DNA from: Octopus vulgaris
Lineage: Eukaryota
Length of the DNA stretch: 64,000 nucleotides
Direction of reading: 5' to 3'
NCBI GenBank assembly: GCA_951406725.2
Contig: OX597820.1
Location: forward strand, 48,608,001-48,672,000
Both the position numbers and the translations under genes were made by a program. Shown in pieces: positions 10,377 through 23,949 of this stretch (position 1 is its first letter; each line of letters starts with the position of its first letter). The notes under the pieces are model-generated. The model was not told where the DNA came from. It saw only the letters and a program-made list of their open reading frames with translations, and did no database searches.

Positions 10377-13328
10377 TACAAAATATATAACTATGCTAGG
10401 GCGAAGATAGGGAGAGGAATGAACGATTCGGATTGTAGTCTTTCACCATGTATAGAAAACAAGGAATCGTATCAAGTATAAAATTAATGTTAAGTGTTAT
10501 TTGTTTCTGTGATCAACTTCAACAATTTCTATTGCTCACTAGGAACACCAACATTAGTTATTTCCATTTTTCTTCATTTCATTTATTTGCTAAGCATCTC
10601 TCATCACTCAACGTTCATAAACTGTAATTAAAAAAAAATCAAATATCTATGAAATTTATGTAATTAAACCTATTTACTTTATTATTCCGCAGCTTCTGAA
10701 TTTCTTTGTAACAATCTTGGTTGGAAAGAAGTTTTAAATTGATAAAGATAGAATTTTTCTTCGTCGTTTCTATTATAAATGTTCCAATGTTTGCTATGAT
10801 TTGCCATCATATTTTTATTCATACAAAATTATTTCCGTGTAATATTGTGACATCTACATTTAGTTGTCGGGTTTTCACAACCATTTGTTGTCTATCTTGC
10901 TTTAGTCTTATTAGCATAGCCTCCTTGAATATGATTATCTATTCAGCCATATGTGTCAGTATATTCTGATTCAGTTACAAGTTGAGAGCCTAAGTCAATC
11001 TGGTTAATAGTTTTCAAGTATTTACTACATCTTTCGCCTTTACTGCTTGTTATATATGCGAGGTAGTTTTCACAGATTGGCCGTGGTGTTATGCAGCCAT
11101 GAAGATATCTCTCTCTCAGCTGTTAGACTAACACTGATAATAAGTTGGTTCAAAGTAAGCGTCTACATTATAAGTATCTTGCCAGATATTCACCGTATAG
11201 TTGCTTACTTTGGCAAAATTCTTTTGTAAACCATAACTAGAGTTATGGTTGCATGTTGAATATATTTCTTTTTCAGTGACAGTGTTGTCATTATATTCCG
11301 CTGCTTCTATATCTCTAATTTTGTGCTATACCTAATTACTTCCTTGTTTCTAGCAAATAGGTTTTGTTTCCGTTGCCTTGTCATCCGTACTGTAGTTGTT
11401 TTTATGATAATTCCCTATTTGTATGAGACGACACTTTCCACGGATACGTGATGTATAAATCTAATCTATTTCACTTTAATGTCGTATATTATAAATCGTT
11501 TTATAAGTGTCATTGTTTTCTTATGTGTTTCTTGACTACACTTAATTTCCGGTTTATTATAGAGAAACTGTAGTTAATAAGTGGGATATTTAATGTGTTT
11601 ATTCAATGTTGCATTTAGTTCGCTTCTAAACACTTATTTGATTCTTCTTTAACATTCGTTTTTATTTTTTTTCTCCCTTTCATTCATTTGTGGGAGATCT
11701 ATATAACCTAGTTCGTGTGTCTTTAAGAATTTTTATTCCCATTCTAATTTTTGTGTTGCTGATTTTGACTTACCTCCATATTTTTAGTTCTGGAATTTGA
11801 TTATGAAGTTGTTTTGGTATCTCAAGTCTTAAGTCCTATATTTGTCTTTACTAAATGTTTAGGATCTTTGGAGCACTTACTTATATGTGGATGCAACACT
11901 TTTCATTTCAGTCAAAATCATCCAGACATAAGCTGATTTTGTCATTCATAATTCCCAGTGAATCACTTCAGTTTTGGTAAAATAAATGTTTATTCCAACA
12001 TTAAAGCTAACAAAAATCAGTTATATTATTCCGTAAATATTTGCAGACATCAGTTCATATTTGTTGATATCTGTCCATATTAAAAATAATAATTAATATG
12101 AATCGTTAGCACAAATGCTTTGTGACATTTTATCCTGGTTTGCGTTTAAGTTCAAATGCCGCTGTGGTCAACGATGGCTTTCATCCTTCTGGATATTGAT
12201 ACAATAAATATCGGTTTAGCACTGGAGTCAATGTAATCTACTTTCCAATTCTCTTGAAATTGCTGGTCTTGTGCCAAAAATTAGAAAGAATTATTACGAA
12301 GACAACAGAATGGCTGAGATGCCAGAACGTTGTTTAACGTCACGCACTCTAATGTGTTGTGAGGCATTAGTCTCTCCTTTCAAAATCACATTGCTGTCAT
12401 TGCAAGCCTTTAATTATTGGCCTATGACAAACGATAATTTGGGTGTGGCGATGCTGGAGCTCCGCCTTTAGTCGAGCAAATCTTTTCTTAAATTGTATCG
12501 CAGTCATTACACATCCATTAAAAAACCCAGTAACAAAAGATGCCCCATAAGTAACTAACCCATCTTTTATCCTTATATATGTGTCAGATACATTCTCTCA
12601 TATGTGTTCTTCCTCTATTTAAGGCTATTGCGACCGGATGAAGGTTTTGTTGAGATTTCTTGGGAGATGACCAATCCTATGGATTGAAGTCTAATCTTAT
12701 CAAACCAATCAGCGTGAGTGTTTAAATTATTCTCCCCTTCCTCCTATTTCTCTTCCTCTCCTCCTCCTCCTCATCATCATCATCATCATCAGCTGCACCA
12801 ATAGCAATAGTGGTTTTATCAGAGGCAACAGAACTGTGTTTGATAATTAATTTTGTAATTCTTAATCTTCATAATCAACATTAATACAGTCCAAATCCAT
12901 TTAAATATCCCTAAAAACATCAGCCGCAGCTTAACTACTCGAACCAAGTATTGAACTCCTATGTGGTCGCACGGATTGCTGATAATATCAGCCAAAATCT
13001 CCCTTAGATAATATTTTAGCCCCTGAAAGAAAGAAATGCATATCGATACACTATGACTCAACAATATACAAACGATATATTCTCGAGGAGATTGAAGGCA
13101 AAATTGTAGCAAGTGTAGGGCAAAACAAACAATTATGAAAACGATTAACCCATTCGCCTTAAAAACACATCACTCAAAACTACTATAGCTATTTCTACAA
13201 AGGTAAGCACTACAAAATTCAACAATTATAACCACAGGATCTTCTTTGCGAATGTATGTCTTACTGGAAACTAAGTTTCACATCACCTAATATCTTCCTT
13301 AAAGCGAAATACACGTTTGAGAGTATCT

Positions 13329-13421
13329 GTGGCACCTTGGGCAAGTGCCTTGTACTATAGCCTCTGGCAGACCCAAGCCTTGTGAGTGGATCTGTTAGAC
13401 GGAAACTGAAAGAAGCCCGTC

Positions 13422-13499
<78 letters not shown>

Positions 13500-13720
13500 G
13501 TGTGTATATATGTTTGTGTGTCTGTGTTTGTTTCCCCAACATCACTTGACAACCTATGCTGGTGTGTTTACGTCCCCGTAACTTAGTGGTTCGGCATAAA
13601 ACCGATAGAATAAGTACTAGGCTTACAAAGAATAAGCCCTGGGGGCGATTTGCTCGACTAAAGGCGGGGCTCCAGCATGGCCGCAGTCAAATGACTGAAA
13701 CAAGTAAAAGAGTAAGAGTA
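13329..13720 (+). mobile_element. SINE family A, 5'-truncated, expanded internal (TA)n
   Basis: Body and tail match the 8712 and 36075 copies. Confidence 0.9.
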
Positions 13721-14007
13721 TACAAAAAAGATGAGATAAGGTCAAATTGAAACAGCTGTGACAGCAAATATCAAAGCCATCACTGCAACTATTAACTTCA
13801 ACAGGTTATGTTCAGAAAGCCATGAAATGTCAACCTCAACTCCTTCAAAACATATGCTTCATTGGATAATGTAGTTCTTGATATATAAAACGATTGGACT
13901 GAGATCTAGATGGATGCCTGTATAGACAGTGCCAGGTAACCGAGAACAAAACAAAACTCAAAGTAAAACAAAAGCATCATAGAAAAATAAACAAAATAGG
14001 TGTAGAT

Positions 14008-14168
14008 GTGGCTGTGAGGTAAGAAGCTTGCTTCCGAATAACATGGTTCTGGGCTCAGTCCCACAGCGTGGCAGCTTGGGCAAGTGTCTACTACTAAAGC
14101 CGCGGACCGGCCAAGGCCTTGTGGGTGCATTTGATAGGGGGAAACTGAAAGAAGCCTGTCGTATATAC
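14008..14168 (+). mobile_element. SINE family A 5' half, followed by a Penelope-like fragment ending in a truncated hammerhead (CTGATGAAGGGCT, 14248-14260)
   Basis: Head and body match family A; CTGATGA is present but the downstream GAAA half is missing. Confidence 0.7.
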
Positions 14169-14340
14169 GGATGTGGCCGCGTGTGCATCGTTGGCGATGT
14201 TTTCCCTCCCTCTTCCCTTCCTTTGGATCTTTCCTTTTCCTATGATTCTGATGAAGGGCTTACAGATCTTACAGATACACAGACACATCTATTCACACCA
14301 CATATGTATGTATGCACGCACGCACACACACACACACACA

Positions 14341-14374
<34 letters not shown>

Positions 14375-14581
14375 AAGACACACACACTCACCCCATCTTG
14401 ACCCCAAAATCATTGATACTTGAAAGAGAGACAAAAAAAGAAAAAGGGTAAATTCTTTTCAGTTCCACATTTCTCCTCCTAAAACAGACAGGTCAGTTTT
14501 AGCTTCACCACTATTATAATGTAAAATCTTTTTGAACTCATAATATTCTGTACGTGTTTACTGAACTTTTTTAATAATTCC

Positions 14582-14950
14582 TCCTGGAAATTATCTTGAG
14601 ATGTATAATATATTTGTTGTAATCTTTTGTGCCTATTATTTCAATGAGCTTGTTAAACTTTTTTATATTCTCAACATACTCTTGTCACCAAAGAATGTAT
14701 ATTTATATAGATTATAGTACTCTGTGTCAACCAATATTATGTGCATGTTTGAATATACAGATACAATTCCAATATCAATTCTTTCTGGAAACTATCTTAA
14801 GCATGTCCTTGAGAACGATTATTTATGTAGTAATCTTTTGTGCCCAATATTTTAAGGAACTTGTTGAACTTTTTTATGTCCTTAACATATCCCTGTTACC
14901 AAAGACTGTATATAAATAATGTAGCAACTTGCAACAACCAATAATTAACG
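14582..14950. repeat. Diverged ~200-210-bp tandem duplication inside the old Dong-like element
   Basis: Paired blocks GTAATCTTTTGTGCC...CTTGTT(A/G)AACTTTTTTAT...ACCAAAGA(A/C)TGTATAT at ~14619-14702 and ~14830-14913; minus strand reads YVENIKKFNKLIEIIGTKDY vs YVKDIKKFNKFLKILGTKDY. Confidence 0.75.
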
Positions 14951-15218
14951 CAACCAAACTTCTACATGTTACTTTTGTCAATCTTTTTTCCAAAGAGTGA
15001 AACGGGTAAAGTAAATAAACATATTTTAAATTGCATTTTCAAACCTTTCGTATATAATTCCACTCGTGCGGTACCCCACAACTCCCACAACGTTTTTAGA
15101 ACGTTTGTTACTATTATTTTGACCCAGGAAACATCGTCCCCAGATGACTATACGACACACTGCGTCCTAATATTTTCGAACAAGGGGGTTTAGCGTCCGC
15201 ACTCAGCTCAAAGCAATA

Positions 15219-15264
15219 TCTGCGTACCAATGGTTTCTGGGTTATGTCCCTTCATCAGCACAGA
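15219..15264 (-). ncRNA. Minimal type I hammerhead ribozyme with intact core
   Basis: Minus strand TCTGTG-CTGATGA-A-GGG-acataa-CCC-A-GAA-ACCA-T-TGGT-A-CGCAGA: 6-bp stem I with one G-U pair, GUA triplet, predicted cut after the A at 15225. Confidence 0.8.
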
Positions 15265-16012
15265 ATAACTGCTCACCTAGAGATGGCGCCACTAAACTCT
15301 TGTTAGAAATTTATACTCTTCAAAGTGACACTGAATGTCACTAGAGAATGCGATACAAGTGCTAGATTTAACAAATATATAGCATTGCTAAAATTGCTTA
15401 TAAATAAATAAATAAACAAACTATCATTTTCAAAACCAGAATATTCTTCAAATCTGTTCGTTAATGATCTATGCGAATCTTTAGATGTAATGCCTACATA
15501 AAAGGACTACACACAATGCTGGATATTGCTATTGTGATACATACGAAACTTCTAGACTGCATCATTACGACGAATATTCCCTCACAGAAACTCAGTTACT
15601 TGCTCTGCAATCAGAAGATACAATAACAATTTGCTCCCAAGTGTACATCTAAAGTTACGAAGAAAAACTGCTTTACGGGTAAATCTGTTTCTTCTACATC
15701 CAACTATGTTGCAACTCACTCACTAACTTAACGCTTCTTCCTCACAGATTTTCTTTTGTGGTTCAAAGGCAAATTTATTTTGGAGATTTTAACTTTGAAC
15801 TTTAAACTAAATATTAATTGTATAGATCACACTAGTTTCAAGCATGAGTAAATTTCTCACCTAGTTTTGGTAATTGTAAGAAAAAGATTAATACCAATGT
15901 GTGCATAAATAGAGGCAGAAACACAGGATACATATATAACATGCATAAATATAAACACACACACACATACACCTACACTCATAAACACACATATATGTAC
16001 ATACACACACAT

Positions 16013-16071
<59 letters not shown>

Positions 16072-16368
16072 AACACATGTGTATGCATACACATACACAC
16101 TCATACACGCTCATACACACACACACGTATATATAGAGAGGTACATACACACACGTATGCGTGTGTGTGTGAATTTGGCAAAATAGACCAGAGAAGTATA
16201 GCCCAATACATGAGTATATGTTTTCTTTTTAATCGACAGAAAGTCACAAAAGTGACTCGAGGGCCAAAATGATAGTACATGGCGCTTATCAAACATGAGT
16301 GCTGTGCACAAAATTCTCGGCTCTTCAGTTATCTAATACTATTTATAAAAAGGTATATGTATCTTTTA

Positions 16369-16427
<59 letters not shown>

Positions 16428-16734
16428 TGTGTGTGTGTATGTGTGCATGTGTATTTGTATGTATACATATATATATATACACTCACATTCACACGCACAA
16501 GCACACAAACACACACATATGCATACACACATATTTACATGGTTCTAATTTTTAAGTTATTGTAAGCAGTTTTTCAAGATTCTACTCAAATCATCTCTTC
16601 ACATCAAAACTAACTCACCCTTCAACTACATTCATTTCTCATTCATTTATTACTTCACTAAATTTCACTACCATTCTCCCTCACTCTTTCCAACAATTCC
16701 TTCTTGTTCTTTACTGCGGCTTACAACAACACTC

Positions 16735-16767
<33 letters not shown>

Positions 16768-17594
16768 AACAACAACAACAACAATAACAATAGCAACAAT
16801 AATAACGAACTTTAGGCTATGGAACATAATTCTCTTTGATTTGTCATTTGAATTTCTCCGTCTTCACATCTTTTCTGCTTCATCTCTCTCTCTCTCTCTG
16901 TCTCTCTGCCTCGCACTCTTACTTAATTTCTTTGTCACCTTTCTCACTATTCCCCTCTTTCTATAGTTCTATCTCACTTTCCCTCCTATCTCTCCATCTC
17001 CTTCTTTGTCTTTCTCTCTCTTTCTCTTACTCTGAATCTCTCTCTCTCTCTCTGTGTCTCTGACTCTGTGTCTCTCTCTATCTCTGACTCTCTCTCTCTC
17101 CTCTCTCTCTTTCTCTCCCTCTCTCGCTCACTCTTTCTTATTACTTCTGTCATTGCCTTCCATTTTTATTCTTTCCGTTGTCTATTTATTGCTTTGTTTC
17201 TCGAAGTGTTTTACATATTCCAAGCCATTCTCGTTGCTTTTTAAAACAGCGAAAATTAATGAAAACCACTCACCACAATGCCTATATCCTCTTTATTTAA
17301 TAGTTTCTCTATATAGATAATAACTACTACTTTCTCTCCTCAAAGTTCTCTTGCTTAGTCACTCTCCATTTCTCTATAACAGTCAGTTTTTCTTCAGATT
17401 CATTTGGTCAGTCAGCTACTTCGAACTACTTAAACGATCAGTTTATTTTTAGATTCTTATGGCTAGTTCGATACTTTATATAACATCAGTGGACAAATTA
17501 TCTCTTACCTTTTATGATATTCGACTAATTTTCTATCTAAGCTGAATTGTTAGTTTATTTTTCTCTCTACTATCAAACGCATTGTCCAGTCTTT

Positions 17595-18015
17595 CTTCGC
17601 ATCACCTTAGCGGTCAGTATTTATTGTTATGTCCGCTCCACTTATTCATTATATAAAACTTGCTAGCCGTTATCAATTACGTCTGACGGTGTGTCCACAC
17701 TTTATTTACTTCACTTTAGTGGTCACTATACATTTTTATGTCTGTTCTATATATTTATTTTATAAACTCTGTGGTCGTCAACAATTATATCGAACATTTA
17801 TGTTCATCCCTGCTCCACAACCTCCTTATATAACTTTGGTAACAATTATTACTTACGATGTACAGTATGTCTACTCATTATATATTTCACCTTAGTGGTC
17901 AGTCTACATTATGTCTCTTTCCAAGTACTCCTTATATAAACTTGATGGCCATTATAAATTACGTTGTTCGCTACAGCTACTTCTTACTTCGCTGTAGTGG
18001 TCATTCTAAATTCAC
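17595..18015. repeat. Degenerate minisatellite-like tandem repeat
   Basis: Recurring TCAC(C/T)TTAG(T/C)GGTCA...TTATGTC...TATATAAACT blocks at ~17602, 17711 and 17887, with a partial copy at ~17989. Confidence 0.55.
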
Positions 18016-18764
18016 ATATTAATTTTATAAACTTTCTGATTGTTTTACTTCTGTATTCTTTTATTGACTTCAATCATTTAGAGTGCGGCCATACTGGAAC
18101 GTTACCTGAAATCGATTATATCAACCTCGGTTCTTACTCTGCAATTTCTTTTATCGTTACCAATTTATCGAATAGATAAGTTTGCCAGTAACTGTTTGGG
18201 ATGAATTACTTGGTATGTTATATAAATCTTGGCTTCATTTCCAATTTTGTGATGACATCACACTGCTAACTCTTCTCTAAATATTTTTATATGAACTTAA
18301 ATACTATTATCAGAATCCTTTCTTCATTTTCGCAACCTCAATGGTCTCTATTTACTCTTAGAGTAGCTTCAAACGTTTTCAAGCGGTTCACGCCAAAAGC
18401 AGTTATAATACCATCAGTTAAATAAGCCCAACTAAGCCCCACCTTTAATCATATAACGATTTTACGATGAAAAAAAACATAGAAAAAAAAAACATGCCAG
18501 TGAGATGTATCACAAGTTTCATTTTACATATGTACAATGTCTACGTCAGTTTATAGTTTTGCAACAGTTGAACATTGATGATTGTCATACTTATTCCCCT
18601 GTGTTTTTAATATCACTTCTGTTGACGTGAGAATGAATTGCTCGTAGAACTGCTGGTTTAAGTTTCATTTCAGGTTCCATTTGACGTACATACGTACATA
18701 CATACATACATACATACATACATACATACATACAGGCAAACATACATATGTATGTATATGTATA

Positions 18765-20175
18765 AAATCACACCTCAATCTACGTCGTTAAATGGTTCCA
18801 GAGGACACTACTTAAGTCGAAATAACCATTATTTAAATGTATATATATGTAATAATAAAAATCTAGGTTAGCCTAGGTTGTTTTTATGTTAGCCAACAAA
18901 TTCGGTAAGTTGTTATGCAAGCCTAGGCTGCTTTTATATAAGAAAAAAATGATTTCAAATACTATATTGTTTGCCTATCTGATGGCCGACGTCGGTGTTA
19001 CTAGTTAAGGCTGATGTCGATGGTTGGGGATTGTCAGCTGACTCCTGTTGTGATGGTGTAGATCGCTGTGCGAACTTGTCTGAAGTTCCATTTTCTTTTT
19101 CTTTTCAAGGATTAAATAATAAGGTGCGATAGTATCTTCAGAACCCCTCAATATTTTTTTTAAAACATTGTGCATTGGGATCCATTTCCTCTAATAAGGT
19201 AAAAAATTTATCTAAATGAGAAAAGCCTCTTGTATTTTCTTCAACGTAAAACGATGGGCCTCTGAATCAGGTTTTTCTTCCTTTTTCTGTTCATGAAATT
19301 CCATCAACTCTTCGTTTATCAGGAGTTGTTTATTTTTCTCAAATACTTCATTAAAATTCTGTCCTTCCAACACCATTTCCGTTTCATTGCTCAACAGTAT
19401 CAAGGTCTTTTTCACTTCAACATTGTCAAAGCCCTTAAAGTCATTGACAAATTGTGGGCATAGTTTCTTCCGCAAACCAGTCAACGCCACGCTCTTCATC
19501 TCATTCCACGCAGCTGCTACGTTCACTATGGCTACGTAGATGTCGTGACTTTTCCATAACTCACGGACTATAACGCTCTCGTCGATGTCACTTGCAGATA
19601 TTGCATGACGTAATGTACGCTTCATATAATAGTGCTTAAAGATCGCAATTATCCCCTGGTCCATTGGTTGCAGTAGCGAGGTATTGTTTAGCCGGAGGAA
19701 GATAATGATAACATTGCAATGTCTTCCGAGTGGCCTGGTGGCCAAGAGCGTTGTCTAAGACAAAGAGAGCATTAAAAGGAATCCCTTAACCAAACAGTAC
19801 TTCTCTGTTTCAGGAACAAAATGATTGAAAAACCATTCTTCAAAAATAACGATAGTTACCCAAGCCTTTGAATTGGCCATCCATATTACAGGAAGAGATC
19901 CCTTGGGTTTGTTCTTAAGATCTCGGAGGTTCAGCGTGTGGTAAACAAACAGCAGGTATAGCTTGCAATCGCCTGCACAATTTCCTCCCAAAATTAAATT
20001 CAAACGTTCTTTTGATACTTTGCAGCCAGGAATTATTTTCTCTTCCTTGTATAGGAAAGAACGATCTGGTAATTTCTTCCAATAGATACCGGTCTCATCA
20101 ACATTGAAAATTTTTTCGGGTAGAAATCCATTATCTTCAATAACCTTCGCTAATGTAGCAGGAAATTCTGCTAGA
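18765..20175 (-). mobile_element. Tigger/pogo-family DNA transposon remnant (DDE_1 transposase pseudogene)
   Basis: ORFs 19755-20204 and 19212-19745 contain KIFNVDETGIYWKKLP, KAWVT..IFEEWF and TSLLQPMDQGIIA; frameshifted; HTH region lost upstream of ~20175; Tigger-like terminal sequence near 18765-18830. Confidence 0.85.
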
Positions 20176-21246
20176 GTAACACACGCACACACACACAAAC
20201 ACATAAATTCAAAGCAAGGTGAAAAATATATACTCGAAAACTTATGTCGGCGTAATATGCTTGTATTAAATCTACAATATCCTCACAAAACTATTACTGT
20301 CAATTTGTATGTATGTATGTATGTATGTATGTATGTATGTATGTATGTATGTATGTATGTATGTATGTATGTGTGTGTGTGCGTATGTATATGTATATTG
20401 TACGATCTTCCTAAAAGCAGAATGTCGAACATGCCTCTACTAGCGGTGTTATAGCAGAAAACACTTGCCTAACGTGCCGCATTTTAAAATGGACTCCAAA
20501 ATTACATATTCAATACTAGTAGGATCGTGTTTGATACGTCCCTGAAATTTGGATTTTCTTGATTTTTGAAAGCAGATTAACATTGTCCTGCTTGGCTTGC
20601 GCAAAAAATACGATCGACTGTATGGAAACGATTCGCAAAATGAAAAAGAGAAGCAGAGAACGTTCCATCAGAGATACAATAAAGATATATGAGAGGATGA
20701 TCAATGTTACAGGCAAAGAAAAATAGATACAAAATTATAAAGCAAAATGTTAGTGCATATTTCACGTCGTAACATTTCCAAGTTTGTAGATGCATTGTAG
20801 AACAAAACGTGAATAAAACATGTTGCAGTGTGAATCAAAAGAAATTTGATATCCGCTGATAATATCGATGCTAAAGGAAGCAATAATGTTAGGAGGCACT
20901 GGAACTATTAGAAATGGAATTTGACAACTGATTAGAGGAATGTCCCGTACTGCAATTGTGTGTAAAATAGATGTGACTATAAAGGTAGGTGAGAGATTGT
21001 TTCTTAGAAGAATGAAGACAGATAATGAGATTCAAGAAAAACAGGCTAGCTTTCACATATATATAAATACATGTGTGTGTGCGTGCACGCATGTGTGTGC
21101 ATGCATATATGCACACACACATATATACATGCATACATACAAACACACACTCGCATACCCACACACACACGCACAGACACATGCACACATACAAATGTAC
21201 ATACACACACACATATATATATATACACATATATATATATATATAT

Positions 21247-21328
<82 letters not shown>

Positions 21329-21924
21329 GTGTATGTATACACAGCGTGAGTCATTTAGGGAATATTTAATCCCTTATCTAGTAAGCTAGTTATGTCCATT
21401 TATTTCAGTCTGTTTGAAGAGTTAACATCTAGGAGGTTCCTTGTGGCATGTGCTGCGCAGAAGTTGGTGATGGTGATAATGATTATGCTGATTACGTTTC
21501 TGATTCTGTGAGTTATGATACAGTGAATATGATAGCGGTAATGCTGACGATTTTGGGGACGATAATGCTTTTGATAATGAGTCCATTGAAAACGGTTCTG
21601 TTTTGTATGATAATTCTAGAAGTACAGCTGCCCTAGCTTCAGTAGCAAATAATGCCTAATTCTGTTAGCATCGGTAAAGTGTCACAAATGCAAGGATCCG
21701 CTTAGCTTACGCCGAGTTATTGATTCAAGTACTATCCTACTCCCTAGAGTATCTTCAAGTTTCTGATCATCTATCTGAAAACATTTCCCATAATTCAATC
21801 TCCCACAACAGGCATATATACATATATATATATATATAACACACACACTCATACACACATACATACATACATACATACATACATACATAGTTACATACAT
21901 ACATACATACATACATGCATACAT

Positions 21925-21971
<47 letters not shown>

Positions 21972-21989
21972 CATGTACACACACACATA

Positions 21990-22158
21990 GGCGCAGGCAT
22001 GGTTATGTGGTAAGAAGTATATTTCCCAACCACGTTGTTCCTGGTCCAGTCCCACTGCATGGCACCTCGGGCAAGTGCCTTCTACTGTAACCTTGGGCCG
22101 AATAAAGCCTTGTAAGTGGATATGGTAGACGGAAACTGAAAGAAGCTCGACGTATATA

Positions 22159-22226
<68 letters not shown>

Positions 22227-22395
22227 TGTCTTTGTGTCTGCTTGATAACCGGCGCTGGTGCGTTTACATCCCCGTACCCTAGTGGTTCGATATAAGAGAC
22301 TGATAGAATAAGTATCAGCTTTTAAAAAAAAGTAAGTAGTGAGGTTGGTTTGTTCGATTAAATTTTTTTCAAAGTGGTGCCCTAGCATGGCCGCA
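21990..22395 (+). mobile_element. SINE family A, full length, diverged
   Basis: Starts GGCGCAGGCATGGTTATGTGGTAAGAAG; same body, microsatellite and tail. Confidence 0.85.
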
Positions 22396-22423
22396 TTATC
22401 TATACACACACACACACACACAG

Positions 22424-22471
<48 letters not shown>

Positions 22472-22482
22472 GTACACACACA

Positions 22483-22530
<48 letters not shown>

Positions 22531-22679
22531 TATGCATGCCTGTGTGTATGCATGTATGTGCGCATGTATATGTGTGCTCCACTGCCTGTGCTGTGTGTAT
22601 GCCCATGAGTGAGCGTTTGCGTGTGTGAGTGCGCCCGTGTTTATTTATATGCGTGTATGTATATGTTCAATTTTAACAG

Positions 22680-23326
22680 GGAGAGGCTTAGCACCGATTC
22701 CATAATTTAGGTTCAGACGTCACTGTTAACTGAATCTACGCTTCAACGAAGACAACTAAACCGAAACTCCAGGGAGACTTTCATGCGTTTCTTTGTTAAA
22801 AAACGTAATGTGATGTTCTACTTAAATGTATTGCGTAACATTTAATTCATGTTTTGCTGTTTTATATAAAACCATTCAATATTTTTGTGCGTGTATATAT
22901 CCAAACAAAGAGCAATATTTACAAAGTACTCGATGCAAAAAGTAGGACAAAATTGAGCTGTAAAACAAAACAAGAAAAAAACAAATTTAGGATTATTAAT
23001 TTTATGGCAGTCTTTTCTTTTGAATCTTCAGATATAGTAATATACAAAATTGATAAAATATATCGCAATTTTGTTAATGGTAGGTATACAAAAGAAAAAA
23101 AGAAGCAGCTTGGAAAAATAATGTTTGTGAGAAAGAGGGAAAGGCAATTGTTTTGCGTATGGAATAGGCAAATATTTAAAACTTTCAATAATATAACTGC
23201 TGAGTGAAATGCAAAAAAGTTGAATAATTAAAAAGGCAGTTTACTAAATTATTTAGTGTGTCTAGCGTAGATTTAAAACAGCCATGCTAGAGAACCGATA
23301 TTTTAGAAGTGAAATCTATTCCCTCC
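22680..23326. mobile_element. Possible old MITE with degenerate TIRs
   Basis: CTGTTAACTGAATCTACGCT (~22723-42) vs AGCGTAGATTTAAAACAG (~23264-81), plus weaker outer matches. Confidence 0.3.
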
Positions 23327-23949
23327 ATCATTTTACATAGCATTCTCTGGGCAAGTGGCGGATCTACCATAAAACTAATGAAGCTTAAGCTTCAGGGCCC
23401 CTAATGTCGGAGGGGCCCATCTGAGGCAACTTAAATTTTTCATTCTGTCAGTTGTTTTATGGTTTTGCATTTTGCCATGCAGACTGTTGTTACCAGCCTT
23501 AGTGGACGTCATATCATACTCCTACGCAGAGTCTATACATGCAGTGTGTAGCAAAGAGTTGTTCACCTGATGTTTCTGCCGGTGTGGAGTAGCATAAAAA
23601 ATAAAAGTACAAACGACTCTCAGATAATTCCTTAACTTGAATTGTTTTAGAAACTTCAGCCCTACCCCTTCCCATTGTCAAATATGTCTACTACTGTATC
23701 AGCATGGTAGAGATAAGAATCCTTATTTTCACACCACTATTTACTGACCAATGAAAGGGTTTGCCTCCTAATTTTGGACTTACAATATGTTCAGTAAAAA
23801 TGCATTGTTTTCTACTTCAAAAATTGTTTGAATATCACCCTGTACAAAATGAACAATTCTTCAATTATGACTATATATTAAGTTGTGGATGCTTATCTTG
23901 ATCAATCTCTGTCTCACTGTAGCTAATGAAAATATTACCTCAAATTCTT

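Larger units (their letters stand above)
10500..15840 (-). pseudogene. Old, heavily decayed Dong/R4-clade non-LTR retrotransposon ORF, interrupted by younger insertions
   Basis: Hand translation of the minus strand gives colinear relics: ISLCLDDF (~11940-11915, YMDD-type RT motif), FRSELNA, INYSFSIIN, KQLYGEYLAR, LTAERE/IFMAA, CSKYLKTINQIDLGSQLVTESEY and DVTIL. The last four align by eye to the 55260 ORF (LKAETEVFIMAA, CDTFDETIDHLVSGCPVLTPNEY, DVTIL). Ends are approximate. Confidence 0.6.

Noticed and set aside
11880-11990. MTKSAYVWMIL resembling an ANF-receptor domain motif
   Set aside because: The frame contains stops; the overlapping frame fits the RT motif of the Dong-like fossil in the correct colinear position.
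17595-18015. Repeat-spacer-like pattern reminiscent of CRISPR
   Set aside because: Repeats are degenerate with irregular spacing, the 'spacers' resemble each other, the context is eukaryotic and there are no cas genes.
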